Shown here piece after piece: positions 1 to 11,711 of a stretch of 64,000 bases of DNA. The notes under the pieces were generated by a model. The model had not been told where the DNA came from. It ran no database searches and saw only the letters and a program-made list of their open reading frames with translations. The DNA is from Psammoneis japonica. Taxonomy: Eukaryota. Position 1 is the first letter of the stretch; each line of letters opens with the position of its first letter. Location: the NCBI GenBank assembly GCA_008632985.1, contig QPGO01000040.1:191719-255718 (forward strand), read 5' to 3'. The position numbers and the translations under genes were made by a program.

Positions 1-231
1 TGCAATAGCTACTGACAACTGCATCTTGCAGCAGAGTACGTCAACTCACATCCTGGCTCAGTGGCATGTTATTCATCGACGAGAAAGGCAGAGGTGTCTG
101 GGCTAGTCTAGTTCGGTTTGCCGTACGCTCCTGGCTGAGAGAAATGAATGGCCTGGTAATATACCACCTCTTTGCTTGGGAAATAGCACAAGGCTAATTC
201 TTCAAGTGAAGCTAATGTGACTGAAGCACTC

Positions 232-3200
232 CTATTGTGACACGGGGCGATAGCGGATAATCAGCTTTGCGCCAGCTCCTGAGTCTGCGGTTTCAACCAC
301 TCGAAACGGAGATTGTATGGATCCATCACTTATCAAAAAAAGTTTGATTGCATTCCCGGCTTTGTATCTTCGTCGATTTACAATTTCCTGAACAATGGGG
401 GCAACGTTTCCAACAGCACTGTATTTGTTTGCTGTCCACTGTGGCATCTTGCGGATAGTAACCTTTGCTTGGGTTTTACGGGCCTTGACCATTTGGTTTG
501 GAACCGTACTATACGGTGACGCATTGTCAACAGCTTCGCCTCGGATGATCCCGGTGATTGAATTTCCCGCTTTAGAATTGTCGGCGCTCTTCATTTCTAG
601 TCGTGCCTCAACAATCTCGGCTCCTTGGGGAATAGGTACGCTTCGAAACCTGTAAACATGCCTTCTGTGTTCCTTTGACCACAGCTCATGTTGTTTGGCG
701 TTGTGTTTAACTTTTCCATCAGTGCTTTCGACGTAGTCATCGAACGAGCTTTTCACTTCAAGCTCGACTTGATTCAGTTCATTGCTGTCGACAATAGTTG
801 CGGTGGCTATACCAGCATCCTTCTCCCCATTAGAGGACCGTACCGTCAGTCTCACTCGGTATGAACCCGTGCTTCGATACGAATGAGTTATCGTTGGAAA
901 CTCGGAGGACATTCTTGTGCCATCACCGAATTCCCATGTGTATCTAGTGATTGGTCCACGCGACCGTCCTGCGTCAAACAGTATGGGACTTGCAATTAAC
1001 GATGTGTACCCGTCTCCGGGATCAGCGATGGGGGTGAGCGAATACGTTACACTGAGTCGCGGGCCTTTTTGCTCGTTGTCGAAGGTATAGAAAGCTCGGT
1101 GTCCACGATTGTTCTGACCAATGAGGAACAGCTGAATGGCGTTTCCATCCTCGTAATCTTCTCGCCGAATAATCTCCTCCAGAACAGGAGCAACGTCCAC
1201 TAATTTCTGATATTTTCCTCTACTCCAAGTTTTCATCGCTGGATTGATAGCAACTTGGGCATCGGTCTTCCTAGCATTGGTGATCTGCTTATCCACAGCA
1301 GCGTAGCTTTTTGCATTCCCGACGTCATTACCGACTATGTACCCCGAAAGCACCCCGGTCCTGTCGCTGTCGTCATCAGAAGGGTAAACCCACATTGCGG
1401 CGGATTTGATGACTGCCCCCGCCGGCAAACCCGTCTTTCCGGGAGAGAATCGATATGCGAACTTGTTCCAATTCTGTGTCGCAAAAACTCGATGCTTTGT
1501 TGCTCTATTGTATGTTTGGCCGTTCCGATCTTCTCTATAGTCATCATCGACAGAGGTGACACGTAACGCCGTTTTGGAAACTACTTCTGAATCAATGGGA
1601 GGAGGAGGATTGGTCCAATCGCCATTCCTCCGTGTGCCGCATTGTGCAGTGTTTCTGCCGTTGTCAACATATACCGAAACTCTTACGTAGTCCGGATTTC
1701 CAAACACACGTTCACACACTTGCACTACCAAATCGTATTGGTCACCGTTCCAATTCCTGTACCGAAAGGAATCGTCATTTTCTTTAAGTCCTCCAAGAAG
1801 CCAGGACTGTGCGGTCGGGCCATTCTGAGAGACGATTGTCACTTGGTCAGACTTATCCAGTACACCACCGTTTCTACCTTCCTTGCGGTTGTACATGAGG
1901 TAGAGAGAAGTAGTAGATGAAGCGATTTCAGCCACCACATATTGGTTGCTGCTTTTGATTTGATGATTCAAGTAATCGTCAAATCCAACAAGCTGTAACT
2001 GCTGTGGACGTGCGACGGATGGTGTAATGGAGGTTGTTCGGTCCGAATACCAACCCGTGAAATAAGACTTTGCGCCGTTGAAACACATGAGTGGGCCGTC
2101 ATCGTTGAAATGGCCACCCCCGCCCATCGTGCAAGTTTTATCCCCATATTCCTCGCCCGATTGGCCACTGTGTCTCATGTCGAAGTTATGACCTGACGAT
2201 GGTAGCAACAATGACATGAGTATCTCCAACCACAACAAATCAACACTGAACCAGTTTGTAGTGAAACATACCAATCTCATGAGTCAGCACATTCAAATCC
2301 GAGACGTAGATATCATCAAACAATGACAGATAGCTGTTATAATATGCATACCCTGCAAAAGGCATATCTGCACCTGGGGGAAGAACGTAAAGGACATGGT
2401 CATATGCGTGTGGCCGCTTGCCTACTACCCGAGGAAAGGCGGATGTGACCCAGTTTTGAATCGAGAAGAAACTCTGTCCCTTGACAGCGTGAGGGATTCT
2501 AACCTCAACCACACCGCGGACGACATTTCTACCCTCTCCTGGAACGAGCTTCAATTTTCCGCCTGAACATGACTTGTATTGAGATACCTATAATGCATAC
2601 AAAATAATGGATAAAGTGAGATTTTACAAATTGAAGGATTCAGAGGCAACGGTGGCGTGGCCTCTTACAAGATTGTGTTGATCTCCAAAATATCCGAAAA
2701 CGTCGTCAGAAAGCTTTTTCATCGACAGCGTGGGTGCATCACCGGCATGGTCAATCACACGAACCACGACTACGGTGTTCGTTCCTTCCTTCGGAGTCAG
2801 CCTTCTATGTCTCTCCCACCTGTCTTCCCGTTGCCCTTGCGCTGGTTGTATCCCAACGGTTGCATTGCGAGGTATCGTTATGGAAAACGAGTTCGTGCCA
2901 TTTTCTCCAGTCACTTTCGCAGAAGAAAAAGTCAGCAATGTTCTCCCTCCATGTAGTTGCTTCTCGTTTGACTTGAAGAAATTCTCTGGCAGTCCAAATA
3001 AATTGTAATAAATGTCAATGTCGTCCTCCAGAACGCATCGCCATGTGGTTTCTTCAAAATCCCCTGTTGCCGCTTCATGGCGTTTCCGTGAGAAGCCTCC
3101 TTCTACCAAAAGGCAGGATGTAAAACTGCGGGTGACAGACGATTGTCTCCTTCGCCGTAGTCTCGACTGATATGTTTATTGATTGGGTACGTCAAGAAAG

Positions 3201-3320
3201 TTAGTGCATTTCGACATCGGGACGAAGACTGCCAATCAGCTAAGAACTTACCCCGTCCAAGACTTCAGCTTTGGCACACGCAAAAAAGGTACCGAGAGTA
3301 ATGCAAAGAATCCTCCTCAT
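232..3320 (-). CDS. Secreted gametolysin/peptidase M11-like zinc metalloprotease with PKD domain and two related C-terminal beta-sandwich modules; 4 exons
   Basis: Signal-like start MRRILCITLGTFFACAKA at 3320. GT-AG introns at ~3167-3251, ~2589-2669 and ~2194-2271 join the ORFs. Spliced zinc motif THEIG|HNFDMRHSG, then EYGDKTCTMG and MCFNGAKS. PKD motif FDAGRS..YTWEFGDG..THSY...GSYRVRLTV. Confidence 0.8.
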
Positions 3321-3943
3321 TCTTTGCCTATGTTAGATTCGACCTCTCGGAAACATGCCTTTTCGTGTCGCTGAAGCGAAAAAAAGAAGAATAAAGAATT
3401 GCGGGAGTGTGGAGTGATTTTATTTCGATTGACTTTGTGTTGCGAGATAAATCAGTTCGTCGACACCACTCACCACGTTAGTCGTTAAGTATGAATACGT
3501 GTCGTACTAATATGCTCTTCGTCAAAAATCATGTGCAAATGATGAAATGAAGACTGACGAGATACAATATTTAACACTCACGACTAACAGATTCCCGTTG
3601 AAGACGAATTTTTTAGTCTAAGAAAAATGTCGCTTTCCTCTTCTACCCTAAGTAGGAGACAAAAAAGGCTATTGCGAGACAAAATAATTTGGATGTAGAA
3701 GTATGATAGACCAGTTCGCGTTTTTGAACGACATATTCATATTATTAATATTTTTCATCGTACAGTAGGGCCTAGATCTCGATGAATGTGAACACTCCTT
3801 CAGCGGAGACAAAGATTTAAGTACAAGAAATAGGCTCTCTACTAACTTGCTAGTAGAGAAAGCCTCCCTACACTCTACACTCTAGTTCGAGAGAGAACTA
3901 CGAGAGACGAGAGAGAATGAAACATCTAATTTATCAGACTAGT

Positions 3944-6201
3944 CTACTCAAAGCGAACTATCAGTCGCGCTCCGGCCCCAGATTCGTGGGTTTTCACCTT
4001 TCTTGCGCCTCTTGAGGATCTGTTCAGCAAAAACAATTTGATTGCATTTCCCGCCTTGTAATCGCTGCGATCGACGACTTCCTGTATCACCGCAGCGACG
4101 TCGCCAAGGCTGTTGTACTCGTCTGCATTCCATGTAGGAAGTCCCTTTATATGTACAGTAGCTCTTGTCTTTCTGGCCTTAGATATTTGTCTGGAACCAC
4201 GCTCAAGTGGAATCGCATTTCCAATTGCTTCTCCTCTAACAACGCCAGATAATGCGTTCCCTGTATGAGACTTCCCTCTGGCCATCATTTCTAGTCTAGC
4301 CTCCAGTATGGTCGCACCTTGAGGGATAGGCACGTTTGCGAAACGGTAGGCAAGTTTTCTGGACTTCTTCGACCACAGCGTGTGCCCTTGCCCTCTCGCG
4401 TTGACCTTACCCGAGTTTAATTCCGCGTAATCATCGACATCATGAGAGACTCGAAGGATGATTTCATTGACACCGGTTTCCTTGCCAACTGGTTGTATTG
4501 GTGGCGCGTCTGCACACTTCGAATGTGACGAGTCTCCGTCGTCGTCAAGATATGCAATCACCCGAGCATAATCTGGAGACCCAAACCTGCGTTCGCAAAC
4601 ATGTATTACCAAATCCAAAGGCATTCCGTTCCAGCCCTCGTAACGGAACGGCTCGCTCTTTTCTGTAAGCCCAGCCAAAAGCCACGATGTGGACCTCGTG
4701 CTATGCTGTTCAACAACGGTTACGGTGTCTGCCATTCCCACAACTCCCTCATTTACTCCCTCGCCACGATTGTACATTAGGAAAAGTTCCGTTTGTGAGC
4801 CGACCAGTTTAGCCACGACATATTGATCTTCCGCATTGATTTGTCCATTGTTATAATCATCGATTCCGACAAGATTTCCGCTCCATGTTTCTGTAGATGG
4901 CGTGACAACAACATGCCGGTCTGAGTACCAACCAAGAGAAAAACTCTTCGCGCCGTTGAAACACATTTGAGGCGCATCGTCTTTAAAAAGTGAGCTCCCC
5001 ATCATGCAAGTAGAGTCCGCGTATTCAAGCCTTCCCTCTCCACTATGTCGTAACCCCAAGTTGTGGCCTGTCGGAGACAACAAAATAGGAATGAATAGTG
5101 TCCAAAGATTGATATCACACGACAATGCTGATTCAAAATGGTACGCACCGATCTCATGGAGAAGGACAATCAAATGGGTGGCAAACATGTCCTTATACAA
5201 GGAGAGGTAGTTGTGGTAGTAGGCATATCCAGCGAAGGGCATGTCGACGTCGGGTGGGAGAATATACAGGACGTGAGTAAAGTCCGCAAGGTTCTTGCCT
5301 ACAACCCCTTGGAATTTAGAAGAAACCCAATTTTGAACAGTCGTAAAGCTCACCCGTGATACGGAGTATGGGAGAGTAATGTCGACTACGCCATTTACCA
5401 CGTTGTTGCCTGTTCCTGGCACAAGATTTAGCTTTCCATTTGAGCACGCCGCGTATTGTGATACCTACAGTGACGAGTCCCGAAGCAAATGAGTGATTTG
5501 ACTAAACGCAAATGACAAAATAAAAGAGGAAATTATGCAAGCAGAGGATAGTACTCACAAGGTTGTGGGGATCACCGTCAGTTCCAAATATGTCATCCGA
5601 AAGTTGAGCAGCTGACATTGATGGTTTTTTACCAAATATGTCTAGAACTCGAACAGCTAGTACAGTGCTTGTACCAGTAAGTTGCACCAGATTTCTTCGG
5701 CGCTTCTTTGGTCTTTGTGATATCGTTGCGCCGCTTGGTATTTCCATCGTATAGGGCGACGCTATCGCGTCCGCAGCAACGGTGTCATGGTCTTTCTCAG
5801 TCTTGTCCTGAAATGTCACTGTTGTCTCGCCGCTGACAAGGTTTTTTCGTATTTTCTAAAAAAGTTTTTTGAGCTCTTGATTTCATAATATGTATCTCTT
5901 CTTCTTCGGAAATGCAATACCATGGTGTGTCTTTCGGCGTGGTTGCTTGATCGTTCTCGTCTTGCTTCAGAGCGACGCCTTCTACCAAGGTGCACGATTT
6001 GGATCGTTGGTGCTTTGACGAAAGGCACGTTTCTTCTTCTTGACTCCCTATTGTGAGAATATGTTTTTAAAATATTAGAACGAAACCAGCTAGCACAAGA
6101 GGCCGAACCAAAGCTGCAAAAACATTACTCACTTTTTCATTGATACTACCCGAGACGTTCATTTCCGATGACAAGTAAACCGCAGCCAAGGCGAGAAGCA
6201 T
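3944..6201 (-). CDS. Tandem paralog of the M11-like metalloprotease (one C-terminal module, no PKD); 5' part frameshifted
   Basis: LLHEIG|HNLGLRHSG, EYADSTCMMG and MCFNGAKS; same intron positions as the neighbour. At least two frameshifts at 5820-5900 (assembly error or decay). Start codon uncertain (6201 or 6255). Confidence 0.72.
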
Positions 6202-7088
6202 CTCATGCCAACGAGCATTTTTTCTGATGCATCGATCGCGACGCCTAAATTCCATGCACCCGATTGCGTTCGAGGGAGTAATGGCAAGAATGTGAGAGTA
6301 GGGAGGAGTGATCCTGATCACTTTTCCCGCTTTTGACTGATCACTTTTCCCGCTATTTATTTGTTCTTTGGGCAATAGGTAAATCTTTCTGCTATTCGAC
6401 GAGGTCCCTAAATACCTTTCAATCAGTCATGATGCTTCATTTAGGACTTTTCTTTTATCTACAGCCCCCCATCGTATTGTCTTCTCTTGGAGGTGCGTGA
6501 GCTCACAATGGCATCACTCACGAGTTGCATTTATTTCCCGTACCATTCAACTGGTTCCACCGCTACAAATGACACTTTAGACGATCCCATTCCTCTAAGT
6601 ATCTTCCAAACCCAAAATGGCTCAGGCGGGACCAAACAGTTTGCTTTTTCAAAAGCAGGAACTCCTCCTTGTTTGATGGTGCGTGAGGACACTTAAGCTA
6701 GCGGTGCAGTGATTGAGAGGATGGTAAGACGCTGTTCACCTCACTGTTGAAGTCTCCCTCTTTACTCTATCTCCGCCGGTGTCAGTACCCACTAATGTTT
6801 TAGCTTGTGGTGGGTGTGAACAAGAGAGGATAAGGTAGATCGACTTGACGACTCGGAATAGACGCTATTGCTGAGAGCTCGGAGCTCGTGAATGAATGAT
6901 GGAGGGAGCGTTCGCAATCTTCCACGTGTCGAAATATCATTTGTTAGGATCAACGCATGACTCGCAGTTTGCGCGATGACGTCGACTCAAGATTCGATTT
7001 CTGCATCACTCATTCGAAAATTCACACCGTTCCAAAGAACAAAACGGAGGAGGAGGAGTCGAACTAAAGTTACATCTACACTAAAACA

Positions 7089-9257
7089 ATGAGATTCTCT
7101 CAGAAAAGGGATTCAATACGTCGCATGGCTTTGCTGTGTGACAACAATAGCAACGCGCTGCTTTGCTTTTATTCCCAGTTCCCACAAAAGAATTAGTATT
7201 TCTTCTTGGTTGCAGTTGCGTGCAACGACGGTGGATAAAGATGGATGTTTTGTCATGAAAAAGAATCAAGATCCATCAATATCTGACACGACAATAATTG
7301 AGAATACACCCGTGACACCGCAGCTCTTGACTCTGCCTCGTCATTCGTCGCATAATGGTGTCAATGAGATTCTGCTCAAGACGCAAGAAACGCTTCAGGG
7401 ACTTCATGAACTCGAGCACGACATTCCAATTCAACACCAGAGTAGCAAAGATCCCGATGATGACCAGGACTATGTCTTTGCCAATTCCTATGTCGACTTG
7501 GGCAAGGTTGCAACCGTGGGATTTGATTACGACTATACTCTCGTGACTTATACGGATCAGCTATTGGAGTTGATTTATGACATGGCTCTCTCGCGTCTCG
7601 TCAAGGATAGGCAATATCCGGTGGAAATGTTGAATTCAGGACTCAAGTTTGATCCAAAGTTCAGTATACGCGGTAAGTTTGTAAAATGCATTATGAATAC
7701 TTACTGAGTGCTGAATGATGTGCTTGGTCCTCGCTTAATTATTTGGAATGTTGTTCTCGCTACACAACACCGCAGGTTTGGCTGTTGACAAGGAGACGGG
7801 TTGGATTTGCCACTTGACCTATACACACCACGTGGCCGTTGCATGGGAAGGACGAGATAAGGTCCCTACGAAACGCATCTATGATGAATTTCGTGGAAAA
7901 CGTGCTCTACGGCCATCGGAACGAAGAAAGAGGCTCAAACCTTTGAATGATTTGTTTAGCATGGCCGAATGCTGTTTGATTGCCGACACGGTTCAGTTTT
8001 TCAAAGAACGTGATATACCTTTTTGTCCACGCAATGCAATTGACGACATTCTCAACAGTGTTACGGCGACGCACATTTCAGGTAAGTGACTCTTTGGCGC
8101 CCGTGCTCTCATGCTGTTTATCGCCCTTTGTGGCTGCATTGGACAGGCCCTTTTTAACGATTTTGCTACTGGTTTTCATGTCGATAATATTGCTTTTTAC
8201 GGCAACGCATATTTCAGGTGATTTTCATCGATTGGTGGCGGCAGAACCGCAATTGTACTTCCAAGCAACGCCGCATTTAAAAGATTTGCTCGATAAGCTC
8301 AAGAATGCTGGGAAACGACTTATCTTTGTCAGGTGAGACAATTGCATGAATCGCATTGCTCTTGCTTGCATGGGGCGCTCACAACAATTGTATACTTGTT
8401 ATGTTGCAGCAATTCCCCCTTTTGGTATGTCGACGCTGGAATGAAGTACGTGATTGGGCCCAACTGGAGAGAATCGTGGGATGCTGTAATTACCAGTGCT
8501 GGTAAGCCTAGATTCTATACCGACAATGAGCGACCATTCCGAGAAGTGTCTCATACGACTGGCCGTATCAAGTTTAAAAAGGTATGTGCGCGCGTTATGT
8601 CGTTTGTAGTCTAGAGTTTGCTACCGTTCTTTCTCAATTTGTTTACGTCAAAACTAGGTTACAAGTCTCGAAAAGGGTGAGGTTTACACAGAAGGATGCT
8701 TGAGCGAGCTATCAAGGCTCATGAGTGGCCTTGAGGAAAGTGGAACCCCCTCTACTGCGGACAACATTTTCGCATCTGGCGGTGGCACTCTGGCTTCGCA
8801 AAATGTGCTTTACATTGGAGACAGTCTTTTTGCTGATTTAGTGGACGCCAAGCGCGAGTTTGGTTGGACGACCGCAGCAGTGACGCCAGAGGTTGGGTAT
8901 GAAATTCAGTTGCAGAGCCAACGAGAGTTTGTTTTGGCGCAGCAAACTATTGATTTGTTGCTGAATGCTTTACGGATGCTTCAGGAAGAGCTAGGACCTG
9001 ACGTTAGAACCGACGAGGACGTGCAGGTCTTGGATAGCATTGAACGGCTCGTGTCAAAGTGGCGCGATCGACAAATCAACATGCTTGGCAATCCCTTTGG
9101 TAGCATCTTTCGGGCACGTTACCAACCCTCCTTGTTTGCGCATTCTCTGCGGCGGTATTGCGATTTGTACATGAGTTCCGTGAGTAGTTTGCGCCATTAC
9201 AGCCCCCAACATCGGTTCTACCCAGAAGATGCTCGACTTTTGGGACACGAGAGCTAA
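7089..9257 (+). CDS. HAD-family cytosolic-type 5'-nucleotidase (NT5DC/cN-II-like), possibly plastid-targeted; 5 exons
   Basis: Motifs VGFDYDYTLVTY, SNSPFWYVDAGM, AGKPRFY, VLYIGDSLFADL..AKREFGWTT and NPFGSIFR. Introns near 7673, 8082-8217, 8333 and 8582. N-terminus has a CFA-F-IP signal-cleavage-like motif but needs a 1-nt frame correction near 7105. Confidence 0.85.
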
Positions 9258-9406
9258 AGCATAGGATAATTAATCGTGTGTTAGAGAGACCCAGCTGTTC
9301 TTCAATTGTGACAGATGTCGATATTTCGCAGATGGTAGAAGCGCTCATCTTTTCATTTCATTAACAAGTGCTAAGTTTGGTTAGAGAGCCCCAGGCAAAT
9401 GCACAC

Positions 9407-9474
9407 AACTAGTGTCGCAACTTATTTCGCTGACAATTGAAACTAGTGTCACAACTTATTTCGCTGGCAATTGA
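9407..9474. repeat. 34-bp tandem duplication at the left edge of TpA-depleted domain 1
   Basis: aactagtgtcgcaacttatttcgctgacaattga (9407-9440) followed by aactagtgtcacaacttatttcgctggcaattga (9441-9474); 2 mismatches. Confidence 0.9.
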
Positions 9475-11693
9475 GTTTGAAAGTCTCCTTCGCCTTGAAA
9501 TACAGCATGTGATGGAAAGCAAAAGCCGAGCATGCTGAACAGCACACAACAACAACAAAATAAACAGATGGATGGGTGGAAGGAACAACAAAAGCAGGAG
9601 TGGAGCTGCGGCGTGGGAAAGTCCAGCAGTTGGAAAGGTGGTCGGAGAGGGCAAGACCAAAACAGGGAGATTTGGGTGGCAGGCTGAACAGGAAGAGTGT
9701 GAGCTGGAGCAGTCGGAGGAGTCAAAACAGGGTGGCTTGAGAGGAGGGGGTGGGATGATGGAAGGGGAGGGGTTGTGACAGTGGCCAGAAAAAGGAAGGT
9801 GCAAAAGTGACAGCCAGCACTGCCCAAGTGTGGTCAAAGGTAAAAGGAAGAAAAAAGATGCCTGCCTGGTTGGTGGCAGTGATGCTGGAAGAGCTGTTGG
9901 AAGAAGGTGTGCTGCAGCCTGGACACCTTTGGCTGCTTCACAAAACCCCTTGGTCTTTGTGCATTTTTGTTGCATTGATTTTAAGGCCGGTGACCAAATG
10001 TGGAAAGAATGGACCAAGAAATCATGACATCACTTTTCATTGGTTGTCACAAGGGTGGCATGTCACAGCTTGTTTTTGGCTTGAATTTTGCCAAAACAGC
10101 CAGGTGAGTGCAGAGTGCATTTGTCCACCAACTCTTGTGTTTGTTGTGCATTCTTTGTGTGTGCCAATGAAGGTCAGATGTGAATCAAAATCTTGTGCAT
10201 CATGGCAGCACGTGCTGCATTTTGGAGAATGGGTGGCTTGCACCAAGCCTCAGCTCAAGCAAAACATGGACAGATCCCAGAAAAAAGAGCACAATGCATG
10301 CAAACAAGAGTCATGGCAATTGGGCACAATGTGCTGGCAGATCTTGTTGCAGTGTCTCTGGTCCAAGCACAGCCAGGATGACCCAACCTTTCATTTTGAT
10401 GTGGGGGACAACAACTTTGGAGAACAAACTTGATGGTGTCATCACACAACAGACAATGTGCGCACACTGTGACTTGAAGCACCCTTTTTTCTGTGTGCGA
10501 TGTTTGCTGTCTGCAGCCAGCTGCACACAAGACACAAGTGTGCTCTCTTCTTTTGTTGTGCAAGCCCTCCATTTGTTTTTGAGTGTTTTGTGTTCTTTCT
10601 GACAGGCAGCAACAAGTGCTTGCAACCTTTCACACCTGAAAACTCATCTTGCACCACTGGCAAAGAGTGCCTGTCTTTCAGTGGGTGACAGCAAGAAGTC
10701 ATTTCCCACAACTTTTTTCTTGGGCCTCTTTTCTGGAAAGAGAGTGCACAAAAGAAAAGACTTGAGAGACAGCTGAGCAGCCACTGTGTGCTTGAGCAAG
10801 TCTGAATGAACCACAGTCAGACAAAGCAGAGGGGCTGGAGAGGTCAAGAGAGTTGGGAAAGCAGCCACAAGCAAGGCCCCATTGACCAAGTGGAAGATGA
10901 CAAGAGGCTTGGTTGAAGCAGCTCTCTGTCTGTTTGTGGGTCACAAAAGAGGAGCACACCTGCGGCATGGGTGGAGAGGGTGCCAATGTGGTGGTGCTGC
11001 AATTGACTTGACAGCCATCATTTGAAGTCAACAAAACTTCAGCTGGCATGCAAAAAGTTGGCACAAAAGAAGTGTTGACAAAAAAAGTGGCAGAGCATGG
11101 GTGAAGTGGCAAAAGCAGTGTGGCTGTGCAAAAAATGACAAAAAGACCTGTGTTGTCTGGGCAGGGGCTGGAGCTTGAGCCATTTGGTGAAACCTGCATC
11201 AATCAGAAAGCATGCAGGGGGTCCCACCCAGACAACCTGTGTGCTGCAATTCAGTGGGTCCAAGTCATGGCACAGCCTGGGCACTTGCCGCAACAAAGAA
11301 AAATCTGCACAGCAACACAGGCTGCTCTCTGGTTTTCTAACAACATTGGGCTGTGAAATCATCACAGTGTTGCCAAACAGCAGCTCCCTGTGTGTGGCAG
11401 ACAAAGGTGGAGGGCAGAAGCATCAAGAAGCTCAATGACAGGATTTGAACAGGATTTGGGTGCGCGCGAAACATCACGCACTGTTTGGTTTACCGCGCAC
11501 AGTTTTGTGTGCTTTAGTTCCGCGCGTTCGCGCGCGATGCAGTTTGCTTTCGAGCCACAAGGCTCACAAGAATGATGACAGCAGCCCGGTTGTGCCGACT
11601 TGCACGTCTTTTGGCTCCTGCAACGGTCTCTGAGCGGAGACTCATCTGCCATTCAGACAGCAGCAAGGAGTTGTTGTTTGAATTCTTGCCATT

Positions 11694-11711
11694 TGCCTTC
11701 AATTTCTGTCA
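11694..11711 (+). repeat. Left copy of an 18-bp direct repeat flanking the copia fragment
   Basis: tgccttcaatttctgtca, identical to 18091-18108. Confidence 0.92.
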
